Shown here piece after piece: positions 10,923-21,004 of a stretch of DNA of 64,000 nt. A program made the translations under genes and the position numbers. Location of the stretch: NCBI GenBank assembly GCA_000002445.1, contig CH464491.1, positions 3,072,001-3,136,000 of the forward strand, in the 5' to 3' direction. The notes under the pieces were generated by a model. It was not told the DNA's origin. It saw nothing but the letters and a program-made list of their open reading frames with translations, and did no database searches. The stretch's first letter is position 1, and every line of letters starts with the position of its first letter. This DNA comes from Trypanosoma brucei (Eukaryota).

Positions 10923-11281
10923 AAACGATAATCCGAAAAGGTGAGTCGTTCACACAAGCCGTAACGCAGTCTTTTCCCTACGACGGCAACTTACTTTGTT
11001 ATTATACCATTTTTCAATAAAATAAATCATTACCGATCCCTCTCTGCGTTTAAGCGCAACCCCACTCTTTCGAAATGCCCTTTGCACCGATCACTAAAAG
11101 CTCCACACGCGCATACATACATATTTTTTCTTCTTTCTCCTTCCCATTCCCTCCAATGTGTATTGCTGTAAGACTATTAACTACATCAAGGGCACAAACA
11201 TTTAAAAGAGTTGATAAACACAAAGTTCATACAAAAGGAATTAAACTGATCAGCTGAATTCTAAACCCCGGCATTATATCG

Positions 11282-12769
11282 ATGATGCGTCCACTCTCAC
11301 TTGTGTGGTGGGCTATCTTCGTACTCCTCGCTGCTACAGGCGCAAATTGCTCGTACGTGCTGGAGCTTGTCCAGGTGGTTCATCGTGGTGGAATCACCCC
11401 GCCGCCCGTCGGAACACCCGATCGCGAAAAACTATGCAGCCCCGACAGCGGGAGCAGTTGTGCCGCCATCGCAAATCATGGCGTGCAACAGCTTATCGAC
11501 ATGGGTGCCTACATTGAGAAACTTTACAAAAATGATGATGAAACAGAAGGGGCCAAAGCATGGTTGGGCTCCACATATGATTCGGCCGCTGTGTACACTC
11601 ATTCCTTTGCTGATCCCGCACTGGTGCAGGCTGCAACAGCTTTACTGAAGGGTATATACGCCGAGGAGCAGGGTAATATCACACCTGCAGTGATTTCAGC
11701 ACCTCCCGCGGATGATACGCTACTCAATGTTAATGCTCTCCCTTCGTTTGTCCTCGGGAACGAGGCAAAAGCGCAGCATTTCAATAAGACAATGGAAGAA
11801 GCTGTAGACGAGCAGTTCCCCGACAGCAGTGTTATTGGTACGATGGGGAGGGAGGTTGGGTTAAGCGAAGCGTGTTCGTCAGCCGACAACCGTGTTTGGT
11901 GCTGCCACCGTCTGCAGCAACTCGCAACGATGTACTCTGCAATGAAGGATGGTGGTAGTGGTGCGCCAACGGTGATGGAAAATGTGGGACGACTGGATGC
12001 TGTTGCAACTGTTCGCTCCCATACGCTTTACGGTTACTCTACTGAGGATGAACTGGCGAAAGCCCGTGGGAGCCTTGGACAACCATTGGCACAGGAACTT
12101 CTTTTGGGAATGCGTCGCAAGATGTTGCAAAAGGATGATGTCAATTACAACACTCACAAAGTAATGCAGTATGTTCACAACACTCCAATCCGTACTACTG
12201 TTGGGTACCAACCAACGGACCTAGTGCCAGTTGCTGAAACCTTTCTTATTGACCTTCTCCGTGACGACACTACGGAAGTGTACTTTGTACGCCTACGCCA
12301 CGCTGTTGTGAAAACGGAGCCCGCTGCCATGCCGTCAGCCGCTGACTTCCCGTTTCGATGTGTCAATGCTGCGGGGGATTCGAGTGGGGTAAAGTCAAAG
12401 GATGGCTTCATTTGCCCCTTCGATGACTTTGTGCGCTTCGTGGACAGCAGCAAGGGTACAGGTGCTGGCGGTGCCATTTGTCATTTAGACACCAGTACGG
12501 CAGATAATTTACAGTGTAGTGTAGTGGGTCCGCCCACATCACCACAGTGTGAGCGTTACCGGAGGCTGTGTCCACGCCTGGCATGCCCGGATGGCCACAT
12601 TTACGACGTGGTGAGTGGTATGTGCACATCTCTTTATGCGGATGAAGCGATTCTCACAGGTGGCGTTGTTGCGTCCCTCTGTATCGCTCTCTTATTCTCG
12701 GGGGTGATGCTCGGCATTATCATGGTTGAAATGTACCCGGTGATGTTTAAACAAAAGATGGCTGTCTAA
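11282..12769 (+). CDS. Type I membrane glycoprotein, possibly a degenerate histidine-phosphatase-like (membrane-bound acid phosphatase-like) protein
   Basis: Clear signal peptide (MMRPLSLVWWAIFVLLAATGANC). A large lumenal domain carries several N-glycosylation sequons, followed by a cysteine-rich membrane-proximal segment and a single C-terminal TM (GGVVASLCIALLFSGVMLGIIMV). Near the N-terminus VQVVHRGGITPP is similar to, but not identical with, the RHGxRxP histidine-phosphatase signature. No canonical HD second motif was seen, so any enzyme assignment is weak. Confidence 0.4.
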   Translation: MMRPLSLVWWAIFVLLAATGANCSYVLELVQVVHRGGITPPPVGTPDREKLCSPDSGSSCAAIANHGVQQLIDMGAYIEKLYKNDDETEGAKAWLGSTYDSAAVYTHSFADPALVQAATALLKGIYAEEQGNITPAVISAPPADDTLLNVNALPSFVLGNEAKAQHFNKTMEEAVDEQFPDSSVIGTMGREVGLSEACSSADNRVWCCHRLQQLATMYSAMKDGGSGAPTVMENVGRLDAVATVRSHTLYGYSTEDELAKARGSLGQPLAQELLLGMRRKMLQKDDVNYNTHKVMQYVHNTPIRTTVGYQPTDLVPVAETFLIDLLRDDTTEVYFVRLRHAVVKTEPAAMPSAADFPFRCVNAAGDSSGVKSKDGFICPFDDFVRFVDSSKGTGAGGAICHLDTSTADNLQCSVVGPPTSPQCERYRRLCPRLACPDGHIYDVVSGMCTSLYADEAILTGGVVASLCIALLFSGVMLGIIMVEMYPVMFKQKMAV

Positions 12770-13410
12770 ATTTTTTACAGGTCGCTATGCACTGCGGTGG
12801 CCAGTATGCCGTGTTTGTATTTTTTTCCTTTTTTTTTCTCTGACATCATTGTTAAATATTCAATGTTTTGCCGAGATATGATGGCATGAATATTTATCAG
12901 TGATGTGCAGTTGTACAGGGGTCATAGGCACGGGGGGGTGGGGGAGAAGGACGGACATTGTCGTGAGTTGTGGATGGTGGAAGCGTTAAAAAGCGCCCTC
13001 CTCACGATAAACACGTAAATTGTTATTTATTTATTTAAATATCAGGTATTATATAATCGTTTATTTATTATTATTATTTTTTTGTGTTCGTGCGTTTGGT
13101 TTTTGAGGTTGTCGGCCCCTCAAACAGTAGTAGACTAGACCACGGAAGGGGAAGGGGTCTAAAAGAAATCCACTTAAATTTAGGAACTCTGTGGCAGTGC
13201 GTTTTATTTTTCATTTGTATGTAATTCTTTGTTTTTTAAATTTTTGTTACCTTCAAAGCTCAGGCTCTGCACACGTTGGAGTGTGTGTTGTACTGTTTAC
13301 TTTGCACATTGTGTTAAGGTTACGATAACAGAGGTAACAAGTGAAGCGGAGGATGAAATAGAGAATTAAATGAAGAATGACGGGGAGAGGAAGGGAGGAA
13401 CGAATTCGAA

Positions 13411-13432
13411 TATATATATATATATATATATA
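13411..13432. repeat. (TA)11 microsatellite
   Basis: Perfect TA run in the 1.6-kb spacer after the 11282..12769 gene. Confidence 0.95.
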
Positions 13433-13589
13433 TTGATATAGTGGCTGGCCATCCTATTTTGTCCGTAGCATGTTTTTTTCTTATCGTATTTGTTATTCAT
13501 ATTATTTGTTTTATCAGGAGGAAAGAAGTATTAAGGGGGAAATGAAAGATTTATTTCTTGGGGGCGAGGGGATCTTTTGTTCGCGGATC

Positions 13590-13603
13590 GGGGGGGGGGG
13601 GGG
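13590..13603. repeat. G14 homopolymer
   Basis: 14 consecutive G residues read directly, on the + strand of an otherwise AT-rich spacer. Confidence 0.9.
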
Positions 13604-14448
13604 TAGACGACCAGCTGTTTTTTAAACATTTTTATCAGGTTGTTGTTGAGGAGGAACAAGGAAAGTATTTAACAGGCGTTGTGATGTTTGAAGCACGTGT
13701 ATCCAACGGTTCAAGCACAACTAAAGCCAAAAGCTCGTACAATCAAGTACGCAGTGGAGGGAAAACTGTTTCCTCTCTCTGTTCTATTAAGAATACTTAA
13801 CAATAAGAAATAAGCGAACCATGTGATGAATGTTACACTGCGGGACTTTTAAACTATGACCTCCACAATAGTGGCTGCGCTAATGCCCCTCACTGCCCCA
13901 CTGAACCGCAGCAACGTTACATGACACCTTCCATTGTCGCGGTCATGTGGTTCGTGGACACTGTTTGGTATTTCTTATTACTATCATTTTGTGTTCTTTA
14001 CTTTTTTGTGTGCGTGCTATTGTGTTTGCTTTTCGTACTTTTACTGTAAGCACCGGATGCACACGCGAGTTTTCCCTGTGGTGCAATTCCTTTTCCTCTG
14101 CTTCTTATCATCCTCGACGAGGCCACGCACTAACACACCTCAACCCACATTTTTTATTTTTTTTTTACGACAACTTCTACCTCCACCACATTCTCGCGCG
14201 CTGAGTGTGTGTATGGCTACCATGGAAAGGACAGAAGAAGGGAAACTTCTTTTTTTTTTTTTGTACTCTGCAGGTAGCTTTACAGCGGCTGCTCCTCTCA
14301 CACCTCCTTTAGTTCATCTAGTTGTCCATCAGCCCTCTGCACATACGCGGGGGTGCTAGCGGTGGCAAACAGTGAAGGCGAGTGCGACGGCTGCTCTAAC
14401 CAAGAGGAAACTCGTTCAATCTTTTGTTTGCTCTCTCTCTCTCTACTG

Positions 14449-15486
14449 ATGGATTTTGGCACGGATGTAGCAGCATTGCCAGCGCGCCGCACAAAACTTG
14501 TATTCCTCTACAGCAGCGATGACGAAGACGATGATAAGGGAACTGTGGCATCCACAGCAATGGGGACGCCTATGATGGGGGAAGTTTGTGGGGTTCTCCA
14601 TAATGGTAACGGGTGCAGTGGTTCAATTGCCGTTGAGGTGGAGGAAGAGGCATGCCTGAGGCCACCAGCGGAGGATCTCATGGTCATGCGTCAGGAAGCG
14701 GATGCGTTGAAGCAAAAGGAAGAAAAGGAGGACCCCGATTTCGTGGAGGATGTTGAGGGGGTTGCGGAGGTGCCGACGCGCCCCCGTGTGAAAGTTGTCG
14801 ATGCACCAGCCTTGTGGGAAACTGCGGCAGGGCTGCGGAATTATTTGCGTGCGGAGGAGGTTGGGACCCTCTCGAATTCACACAAACGTTTCCGCGAGGA
14901 GGAAAAAGACGAATTGAATGCGTGCGCTACCGGGGTGGAAAGGAGGCCTCGGCCACTGTTTGATGATGATGGACTTGTCCGAGCCGTGGCGGTAGATGGT
15001 TACACGCTCACAGTTGACGAAACTGAATTGCAACAAGTGTGTGGTTCTGAAGGGACGCGTGAGCGTTGTGCCGAAGACAGGGAACTCCATGATTATCTTG
15101 ACTGTGATGAGCGCTGTGAGCTGGGCGGTGAAGATGCGGATGAGGGGCGGGAAGAAGAGGAAGGTGAATACGGTGATGATGAGGAAGATGAAGATGACGA
15201 GGAGGAGGATGAGGAGCTAGACGCCGCGCTGGTTGTTGCCGTTGTCGAGCAGTTGGTTCGCTGCTGCGAAAGCGATGAACTTGACGAAGCCCTGCGTGGT
15301 GACGGAGATCAGTTCCTGGAGCGTGCGCGTCCACTGCTCCATCAAGTAAACTCCGGTGAAATGGAACCCTTGGCGTTTGGCGAGGAGGTAAGGAAGGACA
15401 TACTGAAGTTGCAGCGTGCATTTAGGCGTGTGAGCCGCCCTCGGGACGAGCCAGTTGTTATTGATGGAGTTGTGATGGACATCTGA
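14449..15486 (+). CDS. Acidic (D/E-rich) hypothetical protein
   Basis: Long ORF in the same orientation as its neighbours. The ORF-track start at 14353 is GTG, and the first ATG at 14449 sits directly after a (CT)n pyrimidine tract. The product is strongly acidic (DDEDDDK, EEEEGEYGDDEEDEDDEEEDEE) and I recognise no domain. Coding status is inferred from length and context only. Confidence 0.4.
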   Translation: MDFGTDVAALPARRTKLVFLYSSDDEDDDKGTVASTAMGTPMMGEVCGVLHNGNGCSGSIAVEVEEEACLRPPAEDLMVMRQEADALKQKEEKEDPDFVEDVEGVAEVPTRPRVKVVDAPALWETAAGLRNYLRAEEVGTLSNSHKRFREEEKDELNACATGVERRPRPLFDDDGLVRAVAVDGYTLTVDETELQQVCGSEGTRERCAEDRELHDYLDCDERCELGGEDADEGREEEEGEYGDDEEDEDDEEEDEELDAALVVAVVEQLVRCCESDELDEALRGDGDQFLERARPLLHQVNSGEMEPLAFGEEVRKDILKLQRAFRRVSRPRDEPVVIDGVVMDI

Positions 15487-16308
15487 AACCGAAGCAAGCC
15501 ATTCCGAGCTGGACGACCCCTGTGGAGACAAAGGAGGAAAATAAGAACCGTGTAAAGGCTTGGGCATGCGATTTAAGAATCACGTTGTTGGTGCTTGTGC
15601 CGCAAAGAACTGATTCCTCTACTGAACAGCATCTACTACACAATGCAGTGCACTGCACCTGTTAGTCCCTACACCCTTGTTAGTTTCTTTTCCATTTTTT
15701 TTTCCGCTCTTCTAGCTGTGTCCTCATTTCGGTTGTCAGCACCCTAGCTTTTCACACCGTAAGACCGGTGACCAGCAATACACGTATCTTTCTACCCAAC
15801 AAGTCGGACAGAGGTGGCGAGGAGGGAAAGCCATTGCTCTTTTGGGTACTCGAGAACATAAAGTTAACAGAAGGAAGCTGCCGACCACAACGATAAGGGA
15901 GTGTAAATGAACAAGGGGGACGCTGGGACCCGTGATGTGCGTCCCAAAGGCTGACAAGGGAAAGAGGCAATTGGAGAGGTGAGGGACGGTGGGGTGCCGT
16001 GTCACATTGGTGTTTTCGTAGGTTTGGTATGAAAAAATTATGTTTTACGCGTGAGTGTTGTGGGGGCGGCTCGTTTCCATACACCCGGAAGCTTTACCTC
16101 ACGCACAGTTAGGTCCAAATAGTTTCATCGTCGGAGCCAGCATACGTTTCTCTCCAAAAGTGGTGTGGTGCTTCACAACGGAGTTGTTGTGCACTTGTAA
16201 TTTCACCCTTATTTTTTGTCATTTCTTTGTTCTCTAGTTTTCAGGGAGAAGGTAACAGTTGGTAAACCTCCGACATAAGGGAGAGTAGCAAACAGGCAGC
16301 GAGGTTAT

Positions 16309-17637
16309 ATGAATCCAGAAGCGGAGGAATTTGTACCGAAGGGGAACCGCACACCAGGATCCGGTGGTCGGCGTGGAAACGGTGGTGGCTCCCGGCAGAT
16401 TCCGGTCCGCGGGGAACGTCAACAACCACCACCACCACCACCACCACCACAGCAGCAACAGCAGCAGGTGGCGCCGTCGTCACAGACAACACTTCGCGCG
16501 AGTGCAGAGCCATTCCAGCCTAAGGGCTCCCAAGGATTTGGGCTCGTTGGGCAAGTACTTCCATATGTTGCCGGCCCACCAGGCGGTGTCCCACAAGCGT
16601 GGGAGTCTGTGGAGCCAGTGCCTCCGCTTTCTGTGTGGAAGAGTGATTCAGTGCAGCAAGCGGGCGCAAAACCGCTGTCACTTAGCGCCACACCCTATAC
16701 GCCTACTAACCCAAAGATTTCGTCCAAGTTCCCAGCCACTCCTGAGGCTCAGCGGGGCCCTTCAACAGAGTTTAAGGACACGACACCAGCGTCACTTCAG
16801 CCTCAGGAAAAGGAAGTGGTAGAGGTAGGTGAAAAGGCTGTGGCTATAGCCTCGCCCCCGGAGGAAGATGCTGTTGCCGCCAATGGTGGCTCTGTTGATG
16901 CCAGCGGCGCACCATCAACGCAGAACTTCACCGTAGGTGAGATAGTGGAGAACGACTTTAGCGGATCGATGCTTCCCAGTTTGTTTCAGGTAGAGGTGCT
17001 AGACAAGCCGGCCCCTGCCGAGCCTGTTCGGTTTAATACAGTGTGGGCCCTCTATGCCGACGAGCATCCAACACCGTTTGGAGCTCCGTTAGCGTATCAC
17101 CCGGTTCTCGTCCACCTTGTTGGGGATGTTGAGTGCTTCTGGCGCCTGTGGAGGCACCTGCCCCCTCCATCCACGTTGCTGCCCGCCTTCACATATCACT
17201 GGTTCCGTCGGGACATTAGGCCGAACTGGGAGCACACCCGTAATAAGAATGGTGGAACAATCACCTTCGTAATATTTGACAGAGACAAGCCGGGTTTGAA
17301 TAACAAGCAGACAATGGATGATGCTTTCATGGCGATGCTCATGGCATGCAGTGGGGAATCTTTGGCGGAGAGTACAACGAACCTCAACGGCGTGATGCTC
17401 AAGGTGCGACAGAACAAACCCACAACGCTGCAGATTTGGACAGCCAGCTCAGATGAGTTGAAGCTCAGGTCCTTAGCCCGTAGTCTGAGGACTTTATTAG
17501 AAAAGGTTATTGGGCCCAAGCCACTGCAAAAGCTAGAATATTTCTCGCATCAAAGGACGCAGGTTGGTGCCCCCGGTAGTCTGGCCGGAAGGATGAAAGG
17601 AAAACCGTCGAGGATAACACCCGACTTCACGCTTTAG
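16309..17637 (+). CDS. EIF4E3: eIF4E-family cap-binding protein with long N-terminal extension (trypanosomatid EIF4E3/EIF4E4 class; length matches EIF4E3)
   Basis: The C-terminal about 200 aa align with the eIF4E core. VRFNTVWALY matches HPLQNRWALWFF, VECFWRLWRHL matches VEDFWALYNHI, and YHWFRRDIRPNWEH matches YSLFKDGIEPMWED. NKNGGTITFV matches NKRGGRWLITL, and GVMLKVRQNKPTTLQIWTAS matches GAVVNVRAKGDKIAIWTT. The N-terminal 230 aa are low-complexity, with a PAM2-like MNPEAEEFVPKG motif at the extreme N-terminus and poly-Pro/poly-Gln. The 442-aa length matches what I recall for T. brucei EIF4E3, but this is from memory, not a search. Confidence 0.8.
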   Translation: MNPEAEEFVPKGNRTPGSGGRRGNGGGSRQIPVRGERQQPPPPPPPPQQQQQQVAPSSQTTLRASAEPFQPKGSQGFGLVGQVLPYVAGPPGGVPQAWESVEPVPPLSVWKSDSVQQAGAKPLSLSATPYTPTNPKISSKFPATPEAQRGPSTEFKDTTPASLQPQEKEVVEVGEKAVAIASPPEEDAVAANGGSVDASGAPSTQNFTVGEIVENDFSGSMLPSLFQVEVLDKPAPAEPVRFNTVWALYADEHPTPFGAPLAYHPVLVHLVGDVECFWRLWRHLPPPSTLLPAFTYHWFRRDIRPNWEHTRNKNGGTITFVIFDRDKPGLNNKQTMDDAFMAMLMACSGESLAESTTNLNGVMLKVRQNKPTTLQIWTASSDELKLRSLARSLRTLLEKVIGPKPLQKLEYFSHQRTQVGAPGSLAGRMKGKPSRITPDFTL

Positions 17638-18316
17638 TAATCGCTGCTTGCGTACACGTACCGTAAACAGAACATGTTTTTCTTTTGTGTGTGTGTGTGT
17701 GCATGTATGGTGGGCGTATGCCATGTTATGTGGATGGGAGGGGAGACATTAGGTGGAACGCACAGACAAGATGCGATTCTCACCGATGGTGGGGAAATGA
17801 CACACATATAATATCTATATCTATATATATATATATATAGATGTTAAGGATGGGAGGAAGTAGAGTGGAAGGTGATGGATGGGACTTTCCTTCACACACC
17901 AAGGGAAAAAAGTGGGGAGGGGAGTGTAACGGTGCCTTTCTTGCCCTTTAAACTCGAGTCCGCTAGTGCATTTGAGGCGTGTTGTCTCCAACCACTTGTT
18001 TGTTTTCTCCTATAAAAGCTGTAGCACCATTGTTTGGAGTGTCCGACGCAGTGAGCAAACGAAACCGGAGAAAATGTGTTGCATGTGTTCACTGAAGCGC
18101 TCGGGCGGTATTGTAATCGGGAAAAGGTCACGACCCCATAACAAGAGAAAAATTGAAAATAGGTCGTGGTCGCCCGCATGCACTTCGCTTTTCCTTTTAC
18201 GGGTAAGGTTTTTTTTTTCCATCACCATGTGGTGTTTTACTTATCAGCTCCTCTGTTTGTAGCCCATGTGTCTTTGTGACCAGTGGCTCGTTATGTTGCT
18301 TTATATATTTATGTAC

Positions 18317-18339
18317 ATATATATATATATATATATATA
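18317..18339. repeat. (AT)n microsatellite
   Basis: atatatatatatatatatatata read directly. Confidence 0.9.
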
Positions 18340-18772
18340 AGGAAGACAATAAAAGGGATGTTTTCGGCGTTAGTAAACAGACATTTCACTATTGTTTTTG
18401 TTACTCTTATTATTGTTACCGTTACTGTTGTTGTTTTGTTTTCGGTTCTTGACCTCTTTTCCTTCTCACGTGAATGCATCGCAGTATCGCCAGTGCGGAA
18501 TTCCATCACCGCCACCACTACGACCACCAACGAGCACGTAAGCTTATCGCGAGGTTGTTAGGCTGCAGCACAGTTATTTCTTTTTTTTTTTTAGTGCATA
18601 GCCGTTACCAAAGCGACCAACGGGCTCTCCAGTTTTCGCACACATGAAGAGGGAACGAGGAAGGGTGGGTGTAAGCGCAAGGTTTCAATTCGGTGTGATG
18701 TGTGTTTGATATTATGAATGTTTGTTTATTTATTTATACATGTTTCCTATCCTTGTGTGCGTGCCTGCGTGC

Positions 18773-18806
18773 GTGTGTGTGTGTGTGTGTGTGTGTTTGT
18801 GTGTGT
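18773..18806. repeat. (GT)n microsatellite (12 perfect repeats, then imperfect)
   Basis: gtgtgtgtgtgtgtgtgtgtgtgtttgtgtgtgtag read directly within the large 17.6-21.0 kb spacer. Confidence 0.9.
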
Positions 18807-20244
18807 AGTTCTTGTGGTAGGCAAAGATGTGAACACAGAGGTGTAGGGGAGGGAACATAGGAGTCACTGTCATAATTTCTTTAACCTTTCCTACCGCTCC
18901 TCATCCTTTTCCTTCATTTTATTTTCTCCTTTTCAGTTGATACACTTCGTTGCCCTTAAGGAGGGTTGGGTGGTAGGAGAGGTGAAGTGAAACTTTCTGG
19001 TTTGTAGCTGTGGGTATTTGACTGTGGGGGAAAGAGGGAGGCGGGTGGTGGATGAGAGGTGATGAGGTCCTTCCTCAGGTTTACTTGTAATCGTTGGGAT
19101 TGTGATTGTGCCCATTGATGTCATAAGAGAGGAAAGGGGGGAGGAGTATTGTGGGCGTAATTAATGGGAATGGGAACGATGATGTGTGGTGCGCGTGCCG
19201 GCTGGGAATCCACGCTACCAAGTACATCAACTCTTAGTTTTGGCTACTCCTTGTTACCCCGCGTTTCGTTTCTTTTTGTTTGTTTTATTATTATTTTCAT
19301 AGTGCCCCGTTCCCGTTTTTGTGTTCCGCTCTGCGTGTCTATTAGGGCTTTTGATTGATTCCGGTGGTTCTTTCGGTGTGGTACGTTGGGTGTCGCTTTT
19401 GGCCTACCGAGGGAGCGTAAAAGCAAACTAATAAAGATAATAGTGAATGGATCTTTTTATTGTCAGCAAGAGAAAAGAGGTAACAGAGAGGAAGGAATGA
19501 AAAAAAAAATTATGAAGGGAGTAGTGTGTGGTGTTGACGGCGTTTGGGGTGCGATGCGTCAGCACAATGAAGGTCGCGCAATATGTCGCTTTCTTTCATT
19601 TGTGCATAACCGCGCTAAGCAAAATTCAGATATGTGAGGCGAATAGGAGGGGAGGGGGACGGAGGCGGAGGCAGAGGCAGAGCCGCCCCCCTTTTTTTTC
19701 TTTTCTCTAATCCCTGCTGTTCGCAACACGTTTCACCGCTCTTTAGTTTATTTTCTTGAACGAGATCGAGTTAAGGGGTGGCGAGGGAAATGTATGAATA
19801 ATGAGTAATAACTAATACTAACGGCAATAGTAACTAAAGTAACGAAACAAAAGGAAAAAAGGCAACAAAAAGAATGGATAATGACAAGAGAGGAGGTAGA
19901 TAGGGCGACTAACACTAACGTAATGTGATTCGCGCGTACATTATACACATATAGGTACAACTGTACTTGTGTGTTCCACGTGAGGAAGAAAAGGAACAAA
20001 GGAAGGTGCAAGGAAGATAAGGTAAGATGAGAAGGAGGGGGCGGCGCTAAAGAAAAGAAACGGAGGAGGGAGGAAAAGAAAAAAATAAAGCGTTTAAAAC
20101 GGAAAGAAAGGAAAAAAAAATGAGAAAAAAAATACTGTAAGGAAACAAATAGCGATACAGTTCGACTATGGTGATGCGAGGGGTGGGTATAAAAAGATAC
20201 GAAGCGCGAGAGGGCAAGTTGGTAGCCTTAATTTTTGGTTATTC

Positions 20245-20336
20245 GTTTCCTTCCTTCCTTCTCTTCTCTTCTCTCTTCCCCCCTTTCTTTTCCTTTTATC
20301 CGTTTTCTCTTCCCTCATTTTGCTTTTTTATTGTTA
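20245..20336 (+). promoter_or_regulatory. About 90-nt CT-rich tract in the large spacer upstream of the ACAD-like gene
   Basis: A nearly pure C/T run (ttccttccttccttctcttctcttctctcttccccccttt...) lies about 670 nt upstream of ATG 21005, immediately after a purine-rich block (19990-20160). Confidence 0.35.
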
Positions 20337-21004
20337 CGTTGGGTGGGGGGATTGCATAGGTGAGAAGGAAGAGAAAGGTGGTAGCAAGCTGAGTAAGATG
20401 TGCCACAACATTTTGTTTTTTTTTCTTTCTCTGGGTTCAAAGATATCCTGATGGTTCGAACTACGGAAAGAAGGAAAGAGCAGTGGCGTGGTACCCAGCA
20501 CGCTGCTTTCCGCTAATGTTTGAAGTGGTTGTTAGCCGTTGGCGCGAGATTAAAGCGTAATGAAGACACGTTTCCCCCTTTCCCCCTCCTGTGTCCATCT
20601 TCCTTTCGGTAGTTCTGCCGTCAGTGCCGTTTGCGGAATACCATTTTAGTTTGTTAGATGACATATCAACCTGTTGGGCTCTTTTTCTTTACCGGACCAA
20701 ACCAATATTTAATAAAGAACACATATATATAAATTATACTGGTTTTCGTATTTGAAAGCCCTGAGCGAGCGCAGGAAATCCACCCTTTTCGCAACCGCAG
20801 CGTGCGGTGGAATCTTACAGAGTTCGGGAAAAAGAACAGGAGGCTCGCACAAAACCACGATTGGCTTTCAGTGTTTATCAAAGCGGAGGTAAATAACAGA
20901 AGGCATTGGGAGAGGCTGGTTTTCAGATAGGGAGGAAGTCTTGGAGGCATTCAAAGGATTAAAGAGGGAGGAAGGTGTGGAGGGAGCGTAACAAACACTA
21001 AGCC

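Noticed and set aside
13934-14359. 141-aa hydrophobic ORF in the spacer before the acidic protein gene
   Set aside because: It is encoded by pyrimidine-tract-rich sequence (poly-F/L/C translation), the typical signature of polyY tracts read as protein, and has no motif.
16331-16822. 163-aa alternative-frame ORF (His-run, Arg-rich) and minus-strand 16419..16691 inside the eIF4E-family gene
   Set aside because: They overlap the trinucleotide-repeat region of a well-supported gene in other frames. The His/Cys/Gly runs are simply (CAC)n/(CAG)n read out of frame.
20440-20470. ggttcgaac motif reminiscent of a tRNA T-arm
   Set aside because: The flanking sequence shows no acceptor-stem complementarity, no A-box-like element at the right spacing, and no 3' CCA-compatible end. 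It is an isolated similarity only.
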